Made by a program: the position numbers and the translations under genes
Shown: one piece after another, positions 26,520-39,550 of the stretch
Numbering within the stretch: the stretch's first letter is position 1
Layout of the letters: every line of letters begins with the position of its first letter
Notes under the pieces: model-generated
The model's database searches: none
What the model was told of the DNA's origin: nothing
The model's input: only the letters and a program-made list of their open reading frames with translations
NCBI GenBank assembly: GCA_004431415.1
Contig: QPMI01000044.1
Span: forward strand, 186,001 to 250,000
Direction: 5' to 3'
From: Cyanophora paradoxa CCMP329
Taxonomy: Eukaryota > Plantae > Glaucophyta
DNA: 64,000 nt

Positions 26520-27668
26520 CAGTGATGGGCACTGATGGCATCATGATAATGATGAAAATGATAATGATGTGATATCACATTTTGATATCATGATACGGGA
26601 CCCCCCCTCTATCACGCTCATCATATATAATGGTGACATCACGACCCCTAAACTCCGAGGCTCGCGTCTTAATTTCGCCTTTCCAAGTGCTCTGTACATG
26701 TACAGTGCTATATCACACATAAACATGTACAGCTTCTGGTGATGTTAAGAATGTTATTCGAGGCTCTGGAGAGCCTCGAGCTCTGGCCGCCTCGGCAGTA
26801 CTATGCATGTACCCCCAGGTCGTCACCCTGGCCATGGGTGGATTTCTCATGATCTCTTGTCATTCGGACCCCCAGATCTAGATGCTTTAAAGCAGCACAA
26901 GACTTCCTGCCCCCTCGGGGCAGTGCAGCCTCGGGTCACCGGTCATGTAGTATTAAACAATGAATTCGCACACACCGAGACAAATGGCTAGAGATATAAC
27001 TGAGGTGTCCATCTGTGTCAAGTCGAACCGGTCATGTAGTATAAGTAGTAGCGCGGGCTAGCGCTAGCGCTCCCGGAGTCCCCTCGCCGTCGCTGGCGCG
27101 CCCGCTCGGCTCGCGCTTCACCAGCTCGCGATCGCGCGATTAATATTGATCGTGAGCCATGGCGCCGGCCAATAAAAAGATCTAGAGCCATTGATAGTTG
27201 AAAAGCGGATTGCCTGTCAATGCCTGATCGCCGAACGACTGTACGTTGACGATTCACAATGACTCGGAAGACCGATTGATAAAATGCCAGGCACTGGTTA
27301 ATTCAAAACTTAATTGTCAGCTTGCCGATTGATCGTGAGCCATTGTTCGTGATCGGCGCTGCAAGAAAACCCTAAAATCGGGGCAGCAATGTGCGACCGG
27401 ACACCATGACTGTGAAAAGAGAAGCCTCTTGGTCACCCACCGACCAGGTGACCCGAGGCTGATTGGTATATATGCTTAAAAACACGATTCTGCTCCAAAA
27501 CAGCAGGTTCTACAGCGCAGAAAGGGCACTGAGGTGTCTGATGACGCGTCCGTACCCCCTTCCCTGTGATATCAAAATGATCATGATCATCATGATATCG
27601 ATGGTGATAATGATGACGATTTTGGGGGACCTATATATCCGATGATCATGATCATGATGACATCACTG
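26520..27668. mobile_element. Non-autonomous hAT-like element, CAGTGATG...CATCACTG termini, 8-bp TSD
   Basis: TSD GGTGCAGC at 26512-26519 and 27669-27676; (atcatg)-rich subterminal repeats at both ends. Confidence 0.8.
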
Positions 27669-27766
27669 GGTGCAGCCTGCTGGCCTGCCTGGCAGTGCCT
27701 GCCCATGGCCAGGTATCTATAGCTACCGTAGTACCGGCCGGTAGAGACGTCCACTGCTGCTGGCAC

Positions 27767-28406
27767 TAGGGTTACCGCACTAGGCCTAGGGGTCCGGCCG
27801 CCGGCCATGCCGGCGCCCCCCGGCCGGCCGGCCGTCATGCTTTGGCTTGGACCCTCATGCCATTATGCCGGCTTTTGGCTTGACATGCCGGCCGCCGGCT
27901 CTGCGCATGCCGGACTCCAGCCAGAGCCTTCATGCCGACTATGGCCCCCCCGCTGTGGTCCCTGGCCATGCATATGGCCCCTGGCCCCCTGCTGTGGTCC
28001 CAGCCGGGGAGGAGCTCGAGGGCTTGTCTCACTTTGGGCGCCGGCTTGTTTGCAAGCCGAACTTCAGCCGGGTGCCGTAGTACAGGCTATGCATATGCCT
28101 TCATGCCGGCATGCGCAGGTATGCCGGCAACTTGGCGGCTAGCCATGCCGGCATGGTCATGGCATAATGCCGGCTTTGGCGGCTTGGACTAAGGCATTAT
28201 GCCCGATTTTAAATTTGACGGACCGGCCGGACCCCTATACCGCACCGACAATTCGGAGCTTCGTCAAACGATGGCCCCTCCCCCGGCCCCCCCCCCCTTT
28301 CGATCGCGACATCCGATGATCGCGATCGCACCGAAATCCACCTGACATTCGACATTGTCGATGTCGGAGGCTGGGGGACCGACATTACCGTCAGACGGTA
28401 ACCCTA
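27767..28406. mobile_element. hAT-like MITE (TAGGGTTACCG TIR, 8-bp TSD); second copy at 40495-41135
   Basis: TIRs at 27767-27777 and 28396-28406; TSD GCTGGCAC at 27759-27766 and 28407-28414. Confidence 0.85.
27781..28237. mobile_element. Second hAT-like MITE nested in the previous one (TAGGGGTCCGGCCG TIR, 8-bp TSD)
   Basis: TIRs at 27787-27800 and 28224-28237. TSD TACCGCAC at 27773-27780 and 28238-28245, with 6 extra nt (taggcc) at the left end. Interior is rich in gccggcatg. Confidence 0.75.
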
Positions 28407-30109
28407 GCTGGCACTGCATCGATATCATCAGTCTGCATGTGGCCATGGCCGGTATACTGTAGTAACTGTAAACGTACGAATTTCCGCCAGCGTTTAATTT
28501 CGACTCTATTTTTTTTTTTTTCAGTAATCCCTAGTGTATTAGGGGACTGGTGCCCCAAGTTGACAAACAGCTAATGCTATCTGCCTACCCTAGGCCTAAG
28601 CCTACAAACACACGACAAGTCTAGCTTACCTCCCCCCTCTTGGGTCTCCAGCTAGACTAACCCCGAGGGAATCTCCCTACTGCGAGCCCTACCCCCTAAG
28701 GCCACTCTTGCGGCCCTCGGTGGGGCCTCCCCCAGCGGCCGCGCGAGCGCGGCCATTGGGGGGTGGGTTGGGGGTGGGGAGCTGGGGCCGGAGAGTTTAT
28801 TGGGGCAGGGCCCCGGAGGATTTATTGCGCACCGCCTCTGCGGTGCGAGCGCCGCCGGGCGCGGGGCCCCGGGGGAGGGGTTGGGGCCCCCATCCGGCGG
28901 CGGGTCCCGCCCTGCAGGCTGCCAGCGGCGTGGCAGCCTGCACCTGCGCGGGCGGGACCGGACCTGGCGCGGGCAGGCAGGCCACGCCCGAGGGCCTGCT
29001 CTCCTCCAGGAGTGGGCCTCTCAAGCGCGAGCGTGGCGTCAGCCCGGCGCGCGCGGGCAGGGAGTGCACACTTTGGGCTCAGGGTCTGTAGCCCAGCGGG
29101 GAGAGGCCGAAGATGAGGAGGGACTGGATGAGGTCGCCGCGGTGGAGCAGGGGGTGGTACCTTGGGGGCAGAGAAGGGGGTACGGGGCTCGGTGGAGGCG
29201 GCGGTGACGGCCCAGGGGGTGTAGGCAGAGGGACATCGGTCTGGGGGCGGGAGTGCCTCGGGTGGAGCTGGCGCGCGCGGGCGGAAAACTCGAATGGGGC
29301 GGTGGTGCGGGGACCGAGGGCGGTGCCGGCGGTGGTGGGGGGCCCGGCGGCGGGGGCGCGGGCTGGCGGGGCGGGGGCCGGTCTTGCGGTTCGACGGGTG
29401 ACGGCGGTGTGGGGGGTCAGAGAGGCTCGCCGAGGCGGGGGGTCCGGGGGGGGCGGTCCTGTGGATCAGGGGCTGGGACAGCCGGACCTGCACGTCGGGC
29501 TCCGCGGTCTCCACGTGCAAGAAGATTGTTGCGGGCGGAGGTGAAGCCGGCCGAGTCACGGAGGGCGGCCAGCTCACGCTCGCGGCGCGTGAGGCGGCGG
29601 GGTAGCGGGGCTGGGCTGCGGGAGGGGGAGGAGGCTGGGGGTGTGGGGGGAGGGGCTGGGGGGAAGGGGGGGGAGACGGGGCCGGGGGACGGTGGAGGGG
29701 CCGGTCGGGCGGGCGAGGGGAGGGGCCGGGGTGGCGGAGGGTCCGCTGGGGCGGGGGCGGCGGGGAGTCCGGAGGGGAGGGGCAGTTGCGAGTCGGGGCC
29801 GGGGAGAACGGGGGAGAGACCGACCGCGGACCGGAAGTAGGATTGGAGGGGGCGCATCGCCACGGTCGTCCCTCTGCCGCGGCCTTTGCCGCGGCCCTTA
29901 CCGGGTCGAGCTGTGCCGGCACCTAGTCGGGAGGAAGGGCCTGTCGCCTCCGGTCGGCCTGTCGGAGGTGGGCGAGGCGAGGCGGGGGCGGGGCGGGCGT
30001 GGGGGGGCGGGGGTCCGGGGCTCGCGGCGGCGGGGGTGGAGCCGGAGCCGGAGGGGGCTGGGGCGGACCTCTGGGCCGGGTCCGGGAGCTGGGGGCCGTT
30101 GGCTTGTGG

Positions 30110-30850
30110 CTAGGATTCGGGTGAGGATGAGGCTGCGCCAGTGGGCGCAGCACCGGCTGCTGCCATCGAAGGGCGAGTTGGGGTCCGTGAGCGCGTCTTC
30201 TTGGCCCGGACCAGGGCGTCTGCCAGGGCACAGACAATTACACCGCAGCTGAAGCGGTCCCGTTGTTCGGGGATGGGGTACCTGGTGGCCGATGCAAGCG
30301 GCCAGGCGGTGGGGTCGTCTGAGGGGAGGTTGCGTTCCCGGCGCTCGAGCTGGAGCCAGCGGAGAATCGGGGCCAGCTTCTCTCGAGCCGACTCTGCGTT
30401 TGGCAGGTTGTAGGCATCATAGAGTTCGGCTCGACGGTCACGTACGTGGATCGCAGCGAAGGTCCAGTGGCCCGGTGAGTGGATCGGGAAGAGCAGAACA
30501 TCGAAGTCGAACGGGCTGACCCCGCGGGCTACCAGCTTGTTGTGAAGGCGCTGGGGGCCTCGGCCTGGCGCGGAGAGGTTAGGGTACTCAAGCGAGTCAA
30601 AGATTAGTGGACGGCGGGCCAGGGCAGGGAGTTGGGCGAGGAGGGCGAGGTAGAAGACAACGGTCTCGTCGTCTAACCAGGTCTCACCATTGAGCCGACT
30701 GAGAGATCTCCTCGTGACGTTGATGCTGCCCGAGGTACCGAGCAGCGGCGAGGAGATCTGTCGGAGTACTTCCTGCGCAGGCTTTAGCGGGCCGGGTCGG
30801 GTCTGTGCCCACGCTAGGCGGACCTCTTCGGACGGCGGCAGGGGGGCCAC
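30110..30850 (-). CDS. Ulp1/SENP-like (peptidase C48) cysteine protease domain carried by the LINE
   Basis: LSRLNGETWLDDETVVFY, LLFPIHSPGHW (His), ELYDAY (Asp), IPEQRDRFSCG (Gln, Cys). Same frame as the upstream CCHC ORF, separated by one TGA at 30926-30928. Confidence 0.88.
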   Translation of the reverse strand: MAPLPPSEEVRLAWAQTRPGPLKPAQEVLRQISSPLLGTSGSINVTRRSLSRLNGETWLDDETVVFYLALLAQLPALARRPLIFDSLEYPNLSAPGRGPQRLHNKLVARGVSPFDFDVLLFPIHSPGHWTFAAIHVRDRRAELYDAYNLPNAESAREKLAPILRWLQLERRERNLPSDDPTAWPLASATRYPIPEQRDRFSCGVIVCALADALVRAKKTRSRTPTRPSMAAAGAAPTGAASSSPES

Positions 30851-30925
30851 GGGCTGGGCTGCGGGCGGGTCGGGGCCGCGGGCAAGGGTGAGTGCCGGGG
30901 CTCCGGCGGGTGAGGCGCTGGGGGC

Positions 30926-33900
30926 TCAGGGGGGTGGAGGGTTAAGCTGGGGGGCTGAGCTCACGGGAGGGGCGTCCGATCGCGAAGTTGCTTTGAGGTT
31001 CGTGGGCGGGCTGTGCGGGCTGTCTGCGGCGACATTCATCAGGTCATGGGCGTCGGGCGGGGAGGGCGGGCAAGCTGGACGGTCTGTGCTCGACCGGCCT
31101 ACTGCTGAGTGCGCATCGCGCGCTGGCGCTGCCGTCGGCTGGAGACGGGCGCGTTCCGGTACGCTTGGGGGTACCGGAATACTACTGACCGGCACTACGG
31201 GTGCGGGCTGCGGGTTTGGGTCCGGCTGGGGGCGTGTCTCCCGGGCGCGGCGGCTTCTTCGGCGGGCCGCGGGGTCTGTTGCTGGCGGGGGTCGGGGCGC
31301 CGTCAGAGTCCGACGCGTGAGGCCACAGCGGCGCTGCCAGGCTTGGACGTCCGAGTTTCGCGCCTGCCAAATCTCCTGGAGCCCAGTCACAAGTACATCA
31401 AAGATCCCGTTCGCGCATTTACGAGCAGCGGGGGCGCGGACATGAAGGTACTCGAGGGCCGGGACCAGACTGCGGGGGAGGAGCAGCCGGACGGACAGGC
31501 GGGGCGAGTCGTGCGAGAGGTCGGTGAAAAGGGCCTGTCCGTGAGTCAGCCAGCGGGAGGGGGAGCCGTAGAGACAGGCACGGAGGTGGGGGGGTACAGG
31601 CCCGGGTCGCGAGCGTTCGTGCACGGTCTGACGCCAGCGGCGTTCGTCAGCGAGGGCGAAGGCGGGAAATAGGTCGCGGAGGAACAGGCCGTCCGACTTC
31701 AGGCCGTCCGGGAGCTCGTACTTCGTTGCGGCCGACTTTAGTCTCTGCGTGGTGATCGTTGTGTGGAGGAGGTTGTAAATCTTGGATTGCATAGCGAGCC
31801 GGGCCGCTTGCGATGCCGAACAAAGGCCGAAGGCGTGGTCGTGGGTCTCGGGTTGACTCGCGCTGTGGAGCGCCGGCGGGGGGTCGCGGTCTGCGGTTGC
31901 GGCGGCTCCTGGGTCGCGCCTCGGTGCCCAGGGGGGTGCCGGGATGGGGCCGCCGGAGGCATCGGCGACGCGAGCGCACCCAGGGCGTACGCACAGGCCT
32001 TGCGGGTTGATGTTGCCGTAGAGGTGTGGGGCATCGCGGGCACGGACAGGTAGGAGGGGCGCGAGTTCCATGCTGAATTTGGTGAGCTGCGCAAGGCGGG
32101 CATTGAACGGGGCTGACGCGTCGCGGGAGGCGCCTTGCTTACGGAATTCGCGCGCGAGCCGTGCCCGGTCGGCCGGGGCGCCGAGCCACGAGGATTCAAG
32201 CGACGTCAGCCGCACGAAGTTACGCATTTCGCAGACGGCGCGGACGTGGGCCCGGGGGTCGGACTCGACGCGGTACGCTCTGCTGGAGTCGTACCCCTCC
32301 AGGCTCCTGCGGGGGGTGAGAAGAGGAGGACGAACTCGAACCCGCCGGGGGGAAAGAGGGGCTCACGCCGTGCTAGCCATGCACGTTTTGCGGCAGCCGA
32401 GACGGCGGGGTCGGATGCGACTGCGGGATCTGCCTGCCAGGTGGCGCTCTCGACGTCAGCCCAGGCATTGAGGCCGTGGCCATCGCTGCAGACCTTGGAG
32501 AACGGGGCGCAGGGGTGCAGGGCGAGCGCCGCTGCGGCGAGGCGGTCGGCTCGGTGGTTATCCCGGTCGTACGCATCATTCAGTACCCTCTCCATGCGTT
32601 GGGCGATCGGGAGGCCGGCGAGGGCGGGAACGTGGGGCCCGAGAGCCGCGAGCGCGTCTCGACGGCGCTGGCGTTCCTCCCGGCGCGCCTTGCGGGTCTG
32701 ACGTTCGATCTGGTGGAGAATGCGTCGAGTCTCGCGGCGGCGGAGGTGAGCAGTGCGCGCACGGATGTGCTCGGACAGGTAGTTATAAGCGCCCGAAAGC
32801 GGGTTCGGGCGCCCGGCGTACACCCCTTGTCCCTCGCCGAATTTGGCGATAAGCTCGGCGTCAGAGGGCTCGGGGGGAGGTCGTCCGGGGCGGAGAGGTA
32901 GGACACGTACGATCCGGAGTCGTCCGCATCGCTGTCCGTCTCGGGCTCTGCCGGGGCGACAGGCGCAGGCCGGTCAGTGTACTCTTTCTGATGCGCCTTC
33001 ACCTTCTGTACGCGGACCTCGGCGGGTGGCCTTCCGGCGGCGGCGGCGAGGGCTCTGCGGTGCTGATGGACTTCTGCAGCCGCTCGCAGATGGTGCGAGA
33101 AGTTGGTGCGAAGGCCGCTGCGGACCGTCGAGTCAGCGCGGTGCAGGACAGAGCGGCGGATGAGTGACATCGCCGTCGAGCTGTCTGTCTTAACTGTGCA
33201 GCCCTCGGGCGACTTTAAGAAGGCCGTGAGGACGGCGAGGAGCTCGCCTTTGTTGTTGTTGACAGTGCCCGGGCACGGGGCGACAAAGAAGTCGCTGCCG
33301 TCCGTGGGGATGGCTTCGGCGAGCTCCCGCAGGGCCGCCGCCTGTGGGGCGTCATCTTCTGCGCATGCATCGGCTTCACGCAGCAGCTGGTTTTTCAGCT
33401 GTATACCTTCGCTGCGGCGCTGGGCTTCCCGCTGCCGATCCGCTGGGGAGTGCGCCGCGTTCTGCTCGTGGTCCCGGGTCCAGACACCCGCGTAAGCCGT
33501 TAGCGCCGCCTCGGATCCGAACCCCGTTGTGCTGGCATCGGTCGCCGCCACTCTCGGGGGCCGGGCAGCGGGGAGCTCCTCGCGGCGAAGCTCCTGGGCT
33601 ACGAGGTTCCAGAACGGGTCGGCTAGGGGCTCCGGGTCGATGAGAAAGTGCTCGAGAGGCTGGCGATCCGGGTATACAGGCGGTGCGGTGCGCGGTGGCA
33701 CTGTACCCGGGCGGCGTTGCTTGTAGCCCGACGGCGGCTGGGGCTGCGCGGAGGGATCCGCTTCGTAATCCCAATCGCGTTCCCACGGAGGAAGGAAGAG
33801 CGTCGTGCGGAACTCGGTCCACCACTCCTGACTCTCTAGCTTCACAACCGCGTACGGTTCGTGCTTCCGCGTGCGGGTCGCCGGGGTGATTAGCTCGAGG

Positions 33901-36900
33901 AGGCGGGCCGGGTGAATGTGGATAGAGTCCTCGGTCCACTGGCAGGCGCCTGACTCCGGCTCAGAGTGGTCGCAGCGCTGGCGCGCCGCCTTGGCTGTCG
34001 CGTCGTCCGTCGTGTACCGCGCATCGCACTCATCTTTGAGCATCGTGCACTTGTAGAATCGGGCGGCGCCCTCCCCGTCGCCGTCGCGGATCGTGCGGTC
34101 GCGCCAGATCCAATGTTCCAGGCGGACGTACACGCGGAGGCGCCCATCGTCTTCATCGCGCTCCTCCCATTTGCTAACGATGCGCGTCAGGTAGCCCTGC
34201 GGGTGCCAGGCGAACTGTCCCTCCACGTACGGCGGGCTCATCAGGTTCGCTTCGAAAAGCGTCTGCTGGCGCCGCGCCCCCTGCTTGAGCACGTGCATGG
34301 GGAAGCGCAGGGAGCGTGGGAGCTTCCTCGGCGGGACGGGCTCGCAGATTGCGCGGAGGAAGTCTGGGAACCACGACGGCGCCCGGCTGAGACGCTGGCG
34401 GACGCGGCCGCTGCCCCAGAGGCTCGCCCAGTCCAGAACGGTGCGCCCGTCCGGGCCCGTGATGTCCGCCGCCGTCAGCAGATCGTGTTCCCACAGGAAC
34501 GGCGCGGCGCTGCGGAGGAGGGCTGGCGGTAGAAGCGTAGTGAGGACGAATCTTCGTTCGAGTCGAGGATGCGGGAGGGCCGGAGTCAGGTGCGACCTTC
34601 CCGAGTCGAGGATGTAGCCCTCCGCATTCATATTTCGGGCTATAGCGAGGGCTAGATGATCGCGCCGGAGGGCCGGGCCTGGGTCTAGGTTCGGATAGCA
34701 GTACGGGGGGAGAGGAAGGCATAGCTTTTCCTGCGCCGCGAACACGCGGTGGAGGAGATACGGGCGAAGCGTCGGGTGGTTCGCGCGGATTGTTTCGTCT
34801 AGGACGTGTATGGCGAGCTGCTCGTCTGCCAGGCGCTTCAGCCCATAGAATCCGCGGCTCCATATTAGGGCGTTGGGCGCCGAGCGGCGGAGGCGCGCCT
34901 GATGCTTGACTAGCGTCATCCACAGGGTATCTATCTGGGCGCACTGGCGCTCGGTGTACGCGACAACCTTGCAGGCGTACGTGATGCGCGGGATGAGTAC
35001 GCTGTTCACGATGTACACTGCTTCCTTTGCGGTGAGCTTCTTTTTCTTTAGGATCGCGCAGGCGGTCTGCGCCATCGTGTAGACCGCTTCGAACTGATGC
35101 CTCCAATTTAGGTCCGCGGTAAACCAGACCCCCAGGAACTTGAAGGGCTTCGTCGGGGGCAGGACGTGGTGCGCACGCTCCTTAGCCCCGGGCGGGCCAA
35201 GGAGGGGCGGTTTGGGCTCGGGAGATACGTTGTTATAAGTGAACTCAGTCTTCTTCGCGTTCAGGGCGATATCGTGGATCCAGAAGAATTCCGATACCAG
35301 GTCCGCATGCAGTTGTACCCCCGCGCGGACGAGCTGATGAGCACGGTGTCGTCCGCGTAGGCCTGCCCTGGCGAGTCAACGTCGGGGAGGTGAGCCCGGA
35401 GGCGGTGAGCTGGCGGGGGGGCCGGGCGAGGTGCGATCCCGGGCCCCATGCGGTATGTTGTACCCTCCGCCGCGCTGACTTCGCGCAGGGCCGTAAGGAA
35501 GACATCGTAAAAGATGAGCCAGTGGATAGGCGATTCCGTACCCCCCTGGGGAAGCCCGCACTCGACATCGAACGGTTCGGTGGGGCCGTACCCGGTGAGG
35601 ACCGATGCCTTGCGCCGCGTCGTGAGCTGTTCGTACAGCTGAATGTACTTCTCAGGGATGCGGAGGCGGCGGAGGGCCATCGCCATGCTGGGCCAGCTCA
35701 CGCTGTCGTAGGCTCGACGGATGTCAAGGAGGAGCAGGTAGATCGGTTTAGAGAACTGTTTCGCATCTTCAAGTAATGCGCGCATCATGTAGAGCGGCTC
35801 GTCCGTCGATTTACCACGTGTAAAGGCGTAGTTTGCGCCCTTCAGTAGTTCGTTCTTTCGGATGATCCTGGAGAGTCTATCCGTGAGAAGAGCTGTTACC
35901 AGTTTCAGGGCGCATTCTTGCAGTGTTATCGGTCTGACGTTGTCAGGGTGCCCGTCCCATTCCCCGCTCTTCGGGATCAGGCAGATATTTCCGTAGAGCA
36001 GAGGTTCAGGAACAGCTCCGAGCTCTAGAATCAGGTTGACCGTCACCAGTAGAAGCCGCCTGCAGGTTGGCGTTCTGTTTTCGGACTGGAGGGCCGAGGT
36101 GTCCAGGCCCGCTTTCTTCAGCTCTTCGAGCGTTTTCTTGGGGAGGACAGGGTCACTCCACAGCATCTTAATCATTTCATTCGAGAGGCCCGAGGGCCCT
36201 GCCGCCCCGTTTCTCAGCAAGCCAATGATTCTGCCCAGCTCCGTGTCCTCCGTGCGATTCAGTAGGCTATCGAATAGGGCTGCATCTATGTCGTCCCGCG
36301 GCGCGTGCAGTCGCTGCCAGAGGCGGGGGTCCCGGGCGCATTCGCTTAGCGGGAGACCTAGCGGGTCGAGGCAGGCCGTTAGGGGTGCTCTGCGCTTGGT
36401 CCAGGCGTGCATGTGCTGGCGGGCAAAGGGACAGACTTGCTCTTCGGAGTCATACACTTTGTATTCGAGCCCATCGAAGAACGAGAAAGATGTGATACCT
36501 CGGCGAGCCGGCGCCTCCAGGACCAGTCGGAGGTGCTGCGCGAGGTCAACTTTGAACATGCGGCGCGTGCGTTCGCGGCTCGCCAGGATGCGCTTGGTCT
36601 CGAAGCCGCGGATGTGCAGGTCGACCTTCTTGTCGAGCGCCGAGACCCATGCCAGGAACACATCGTAGTGCTCGAGCCAGCGGGGCTGCGGCGCTGAGAA
36701 AGGAGGAGAGGGGGGTGGAGCCGGGAGGAGACTGTAGCCGGACCGTTTCTCCACGGGGAGCTGCGAGATGCGACGGTTATGGTTCGAGATGGCGAGGCGG
36801 AGGTCCGATAGCGCGTGTCTCACTCGGCGAGGCGTGGAGTCGGGTCCGTGTCGCGCCGCCGCCCAGGTGCGCCGGAGTTCCTGCGCGCGCGTGAGCAGCG

Positions 36901-38287
36901 CCGACTCTGGCCGGCCCCTGCGAGAGAACTTTTGGGTCTTGCGTGCGGGCGTGTACATGCCGAAGTCCGCGGACTGGCCGATCTCCTTGACTCGATCGAG
37001 CGCCCCGTCGAGCGCGGCGCTGAGGCGGGTCAGGCGCTGCTGCGGCGGCGCGGCGGCGTCCCGCTCGATTTCGTCGAGGATTGCTGCCACGCATTCGGCG
37101 CCGGGGCTGGTCCGGCTCAGGCTGGCCTCCAGGAGCTCCTTGAACCGAACTTTCGTCAGAGCGGCTTGCTTTCCGTACTGGAACCTAGGCGGGCGCTGGG
37201 GGGCGGGCGGCGGGCCGGACGAGAACTGGAGGCCGAGTCCGCGCCTGTCGTACTCGGCGAGTACCGGGAAGTGGTCGGACTCGTAGGGCGCGTGGCGGGG
37301 GGATACCTGAACTGCCCGGAGTCCGGCCCCGGCTGCCGTGGACTGGAGAATGTAGTCGAGCCGAGCAGCTGTCCGCAGGTGGCCCGTCGCAGTGATCCCT
37401 CGCGGCTCAGGCCCAGGTTCGTCCGGCCCGCGCTGTTTGTCGGGGAAGATGAAGGTGATCTGATCGTCCGTGCCCGCCAGCTTCGCAGCGTCGCGCAGGT
37501 TCCAGGCGCTCTCGCTGAGAAGCTCTCTCCACCAGCGATGCTCCGGTTCGTGTGAGCTGGCGTAGCGCGCGTTGCGGATCCGGCCGGTCGCCGGGCAGAC
37601 ACAGCTGTTGAAGTCACCGAGCAGGAACAGGTGCGCCTTGTGTCGGGCCGCCCAGTCGGCGAGGATGTTGTTTCGCATGTACTCGATGATCCGGGCGCTC
37701 TCCGTGTTCGCTGAGGTGCGGCTTTCTCCCGGCGGCAGGTACACGCTCGCTACGAAGACCTGCACGTTGTCCGCGAAGCGCAGCTCGCACCCGACGACTC
37801 GCCCCGGCATTGAGTAGGTGCGGAAGCAGTGCTTCGCCATGTCCGCGGACAGCAGCAGCGCAACGCCTGACCCGCGCGCAGACGGCTCCTTGGGGTCGTT
37901 CTTCTTCTTCTTCTTCTTTTTCTTCATCGGCTCGGCGCGGCGGGGCGCGCTAGGGTGGACCGAGGTCAGCATGACGCCGGCGTCGATGGCCTGCCTCATC
38001 GCTCGGGCTGCCGCGGCGGTACAGTTAAGTGATTGGACGCCCATGACGCTGATCCCCCAGTCCTTCATGTACTTTTGCAGGTGGCCGACGTGGTTCACGC
38101 TCGAGCACGACCGTGCGTTCCAGGTGGCGATCCGCCAGGCCTGCTTAGCGTCGAATTGGCGCTTCAGCGTGCGCGGCCGCGCGCCGAGCTTTGCGTGGGT
38201 GAAGAGGTCCGTCGGGAAGAGGTCAATTATACGGGGCGCGGCCCGGCCCTGTTGCGCCCCCCCCGCCGTGTTCACGTTATTGTTCAT
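30926..38287 (-). CDS. LINE ORF2 polyprotein: AP endonuclease - reverse transcriptase - RNase H - CCHC zinc knuckle; three 1-nt frame breaks at G/C homopolymers
   Basis: APE: IATWNAR, SVYLP, LLGDFN, RLDYIL, SDHFPV. RT: RPITL, LDIRRAYDSV, GLPQG, YADD, FKFLGVW. RNase H: ATDAS, NNKGELLAV, KTDS, KVKAH. Zinc knuckle: CVRPGC...ETHDHAFGLC. Frame breaks at ~35320, ~32875 and ~32313. Confidence 0.9.
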
Positions 38288-39550
38288 TGTCCCCTCAGTA
38301 TGTCCCTCTCGCTCGGCGGGCGTTTGGCTAGGAGGGGAGTACGCGGGAGGCCATGCATTGCGACTAGATCTAGACAGGGACCTAGATCTACTGAGCCTGC
38401 AGCTTTCTGAGAAGCTATTGACTGCTGCTCGGGGCACACGACGAAGAATCCTGCCTCTGTCTTGCCAGAAAAGACTGTGCACTGCGACGCGGGCGCGGCT
38501 ATCGATGCCCCGAAGCTGACACGCCCGCGCGCCGTCTCCATCGTCCATTGCTGCGTCGCGTGTTGGCGGTGCACTGCGGCTAAGGGAGGACGCCGCGACA
38601 CGCGCACCCCGACGTTCGCGGTCGGGCGGCCTAGAGGCTTCATCCTGGAGCCGGCATCCGAGCGCGCCGCGTTCTGCGATGGTCGGCGATGAGCGCGAGG
38701 AAACGATCTTTGGTGAGGAGTCGCGTGCGGCACCCGTTGCTCAGCGATCGAGGGCCTTTCGGGTTCCTGTGATCTGGACTGGCGGGACCGTTCGAGGGCC
38801 TGCGGTGGTTGGGAGCAGATCAGACTTGCTGTGTACAGGCGGGAGAACTGCGCGTTCGTGCTCACGTTGTTAGGCAAGCCACCGGCTTCGGCGCGCGATC
38901 GCTTCGCCGGCGTGCGAGCCACCGGCTGCTGCTGATCTGCTTTACGCTTGCCCTGTGGGTCCGGCGGCGGAGAACGTGGGTCGCCGCGCCACTCGGACCC
39001 GCCTTCCCTTCCCGAAGACATCGCGTCGTCCCGCATGGCCACGAGTGCTTGGAAGGGGTTGGCGTGCGTGAACGCCAGTGCCGGGCGTGCAGAGCTAGAG
39101 CTGCTCGCGTACGGAAGGGGCCGAGAGTGTGATCTATACCCCCCCTTCGTTCGCCGTGGTCGTCCCGCGGCGTCTCTAGCGCGGCTCGGCATGCGCCTAC
39201 TAGTCCAGGCGATTCTACAAGAGCCCCAGAGACGCTTGGAAGCGACTCCGAGGTTTCGGCGCCAAGTGACCGTTGGCGCTGATGACGTGCGCACGCGCGT
39301 GACCTGTGCGGCGCGGCGCGGGCACAGGTTAGCTAGCGCACGGGATGGTGATATCGATCCAACATGTAGTCGGGCACGCGAAGAGGGCGAGCGATTCAGT
39401 CCAGAGGTTCGGGCGAGCATGTCCGGCAGGCGATTTGGGCAAGAGGCCGTGTCCTGAGCGAGCACGCCGCTCGACTGCAGGCTTAAGGCACGTGAGACAT
39501 CCGAGGATGCTCTGAGGTTCATGGGAGGGCCGTGCGGGCTGTCTGCAGCA
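38284..39550 (-). CDS. LINE ORF1, 5'-truncated (low complexity, NPFQAL motif); stop overlaps the ORF2 start (ATGA)
   Basis: The ORF ends CAA TGA at 38284-38286, overlapping the ATG of MNNNVN at 38287. Sequence above 39550 is a duplicated ORF2 piece. Confidence 0.55.

Larger units (their letters stand above)
27447..28510 (+). repeat. Left copy of ~1.06-kb direct duplication flanking the LINE (right copy 40175-41239)
   Basis: Near-identical from ggtgacccgaggctg to gactctatt; the only difference noticed is one C in a homopolymer. Confidence 0.95.

Noticed and set aside
26926-27461. 15-bp inverted repeat cagcctcgggtcacc / ggtgacccgaggctg as a transposon
   Set aside because: The repeat is real but has no matching TSD; noted only that the 1.06-kb duplication begins at its right copy
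32300-35330. Programmed frameshifts in LINE ORF2
   Set aside because: All three breaks are 1-nt shifts in G/C homopolymers, more simply explained by long-read errors or mutation
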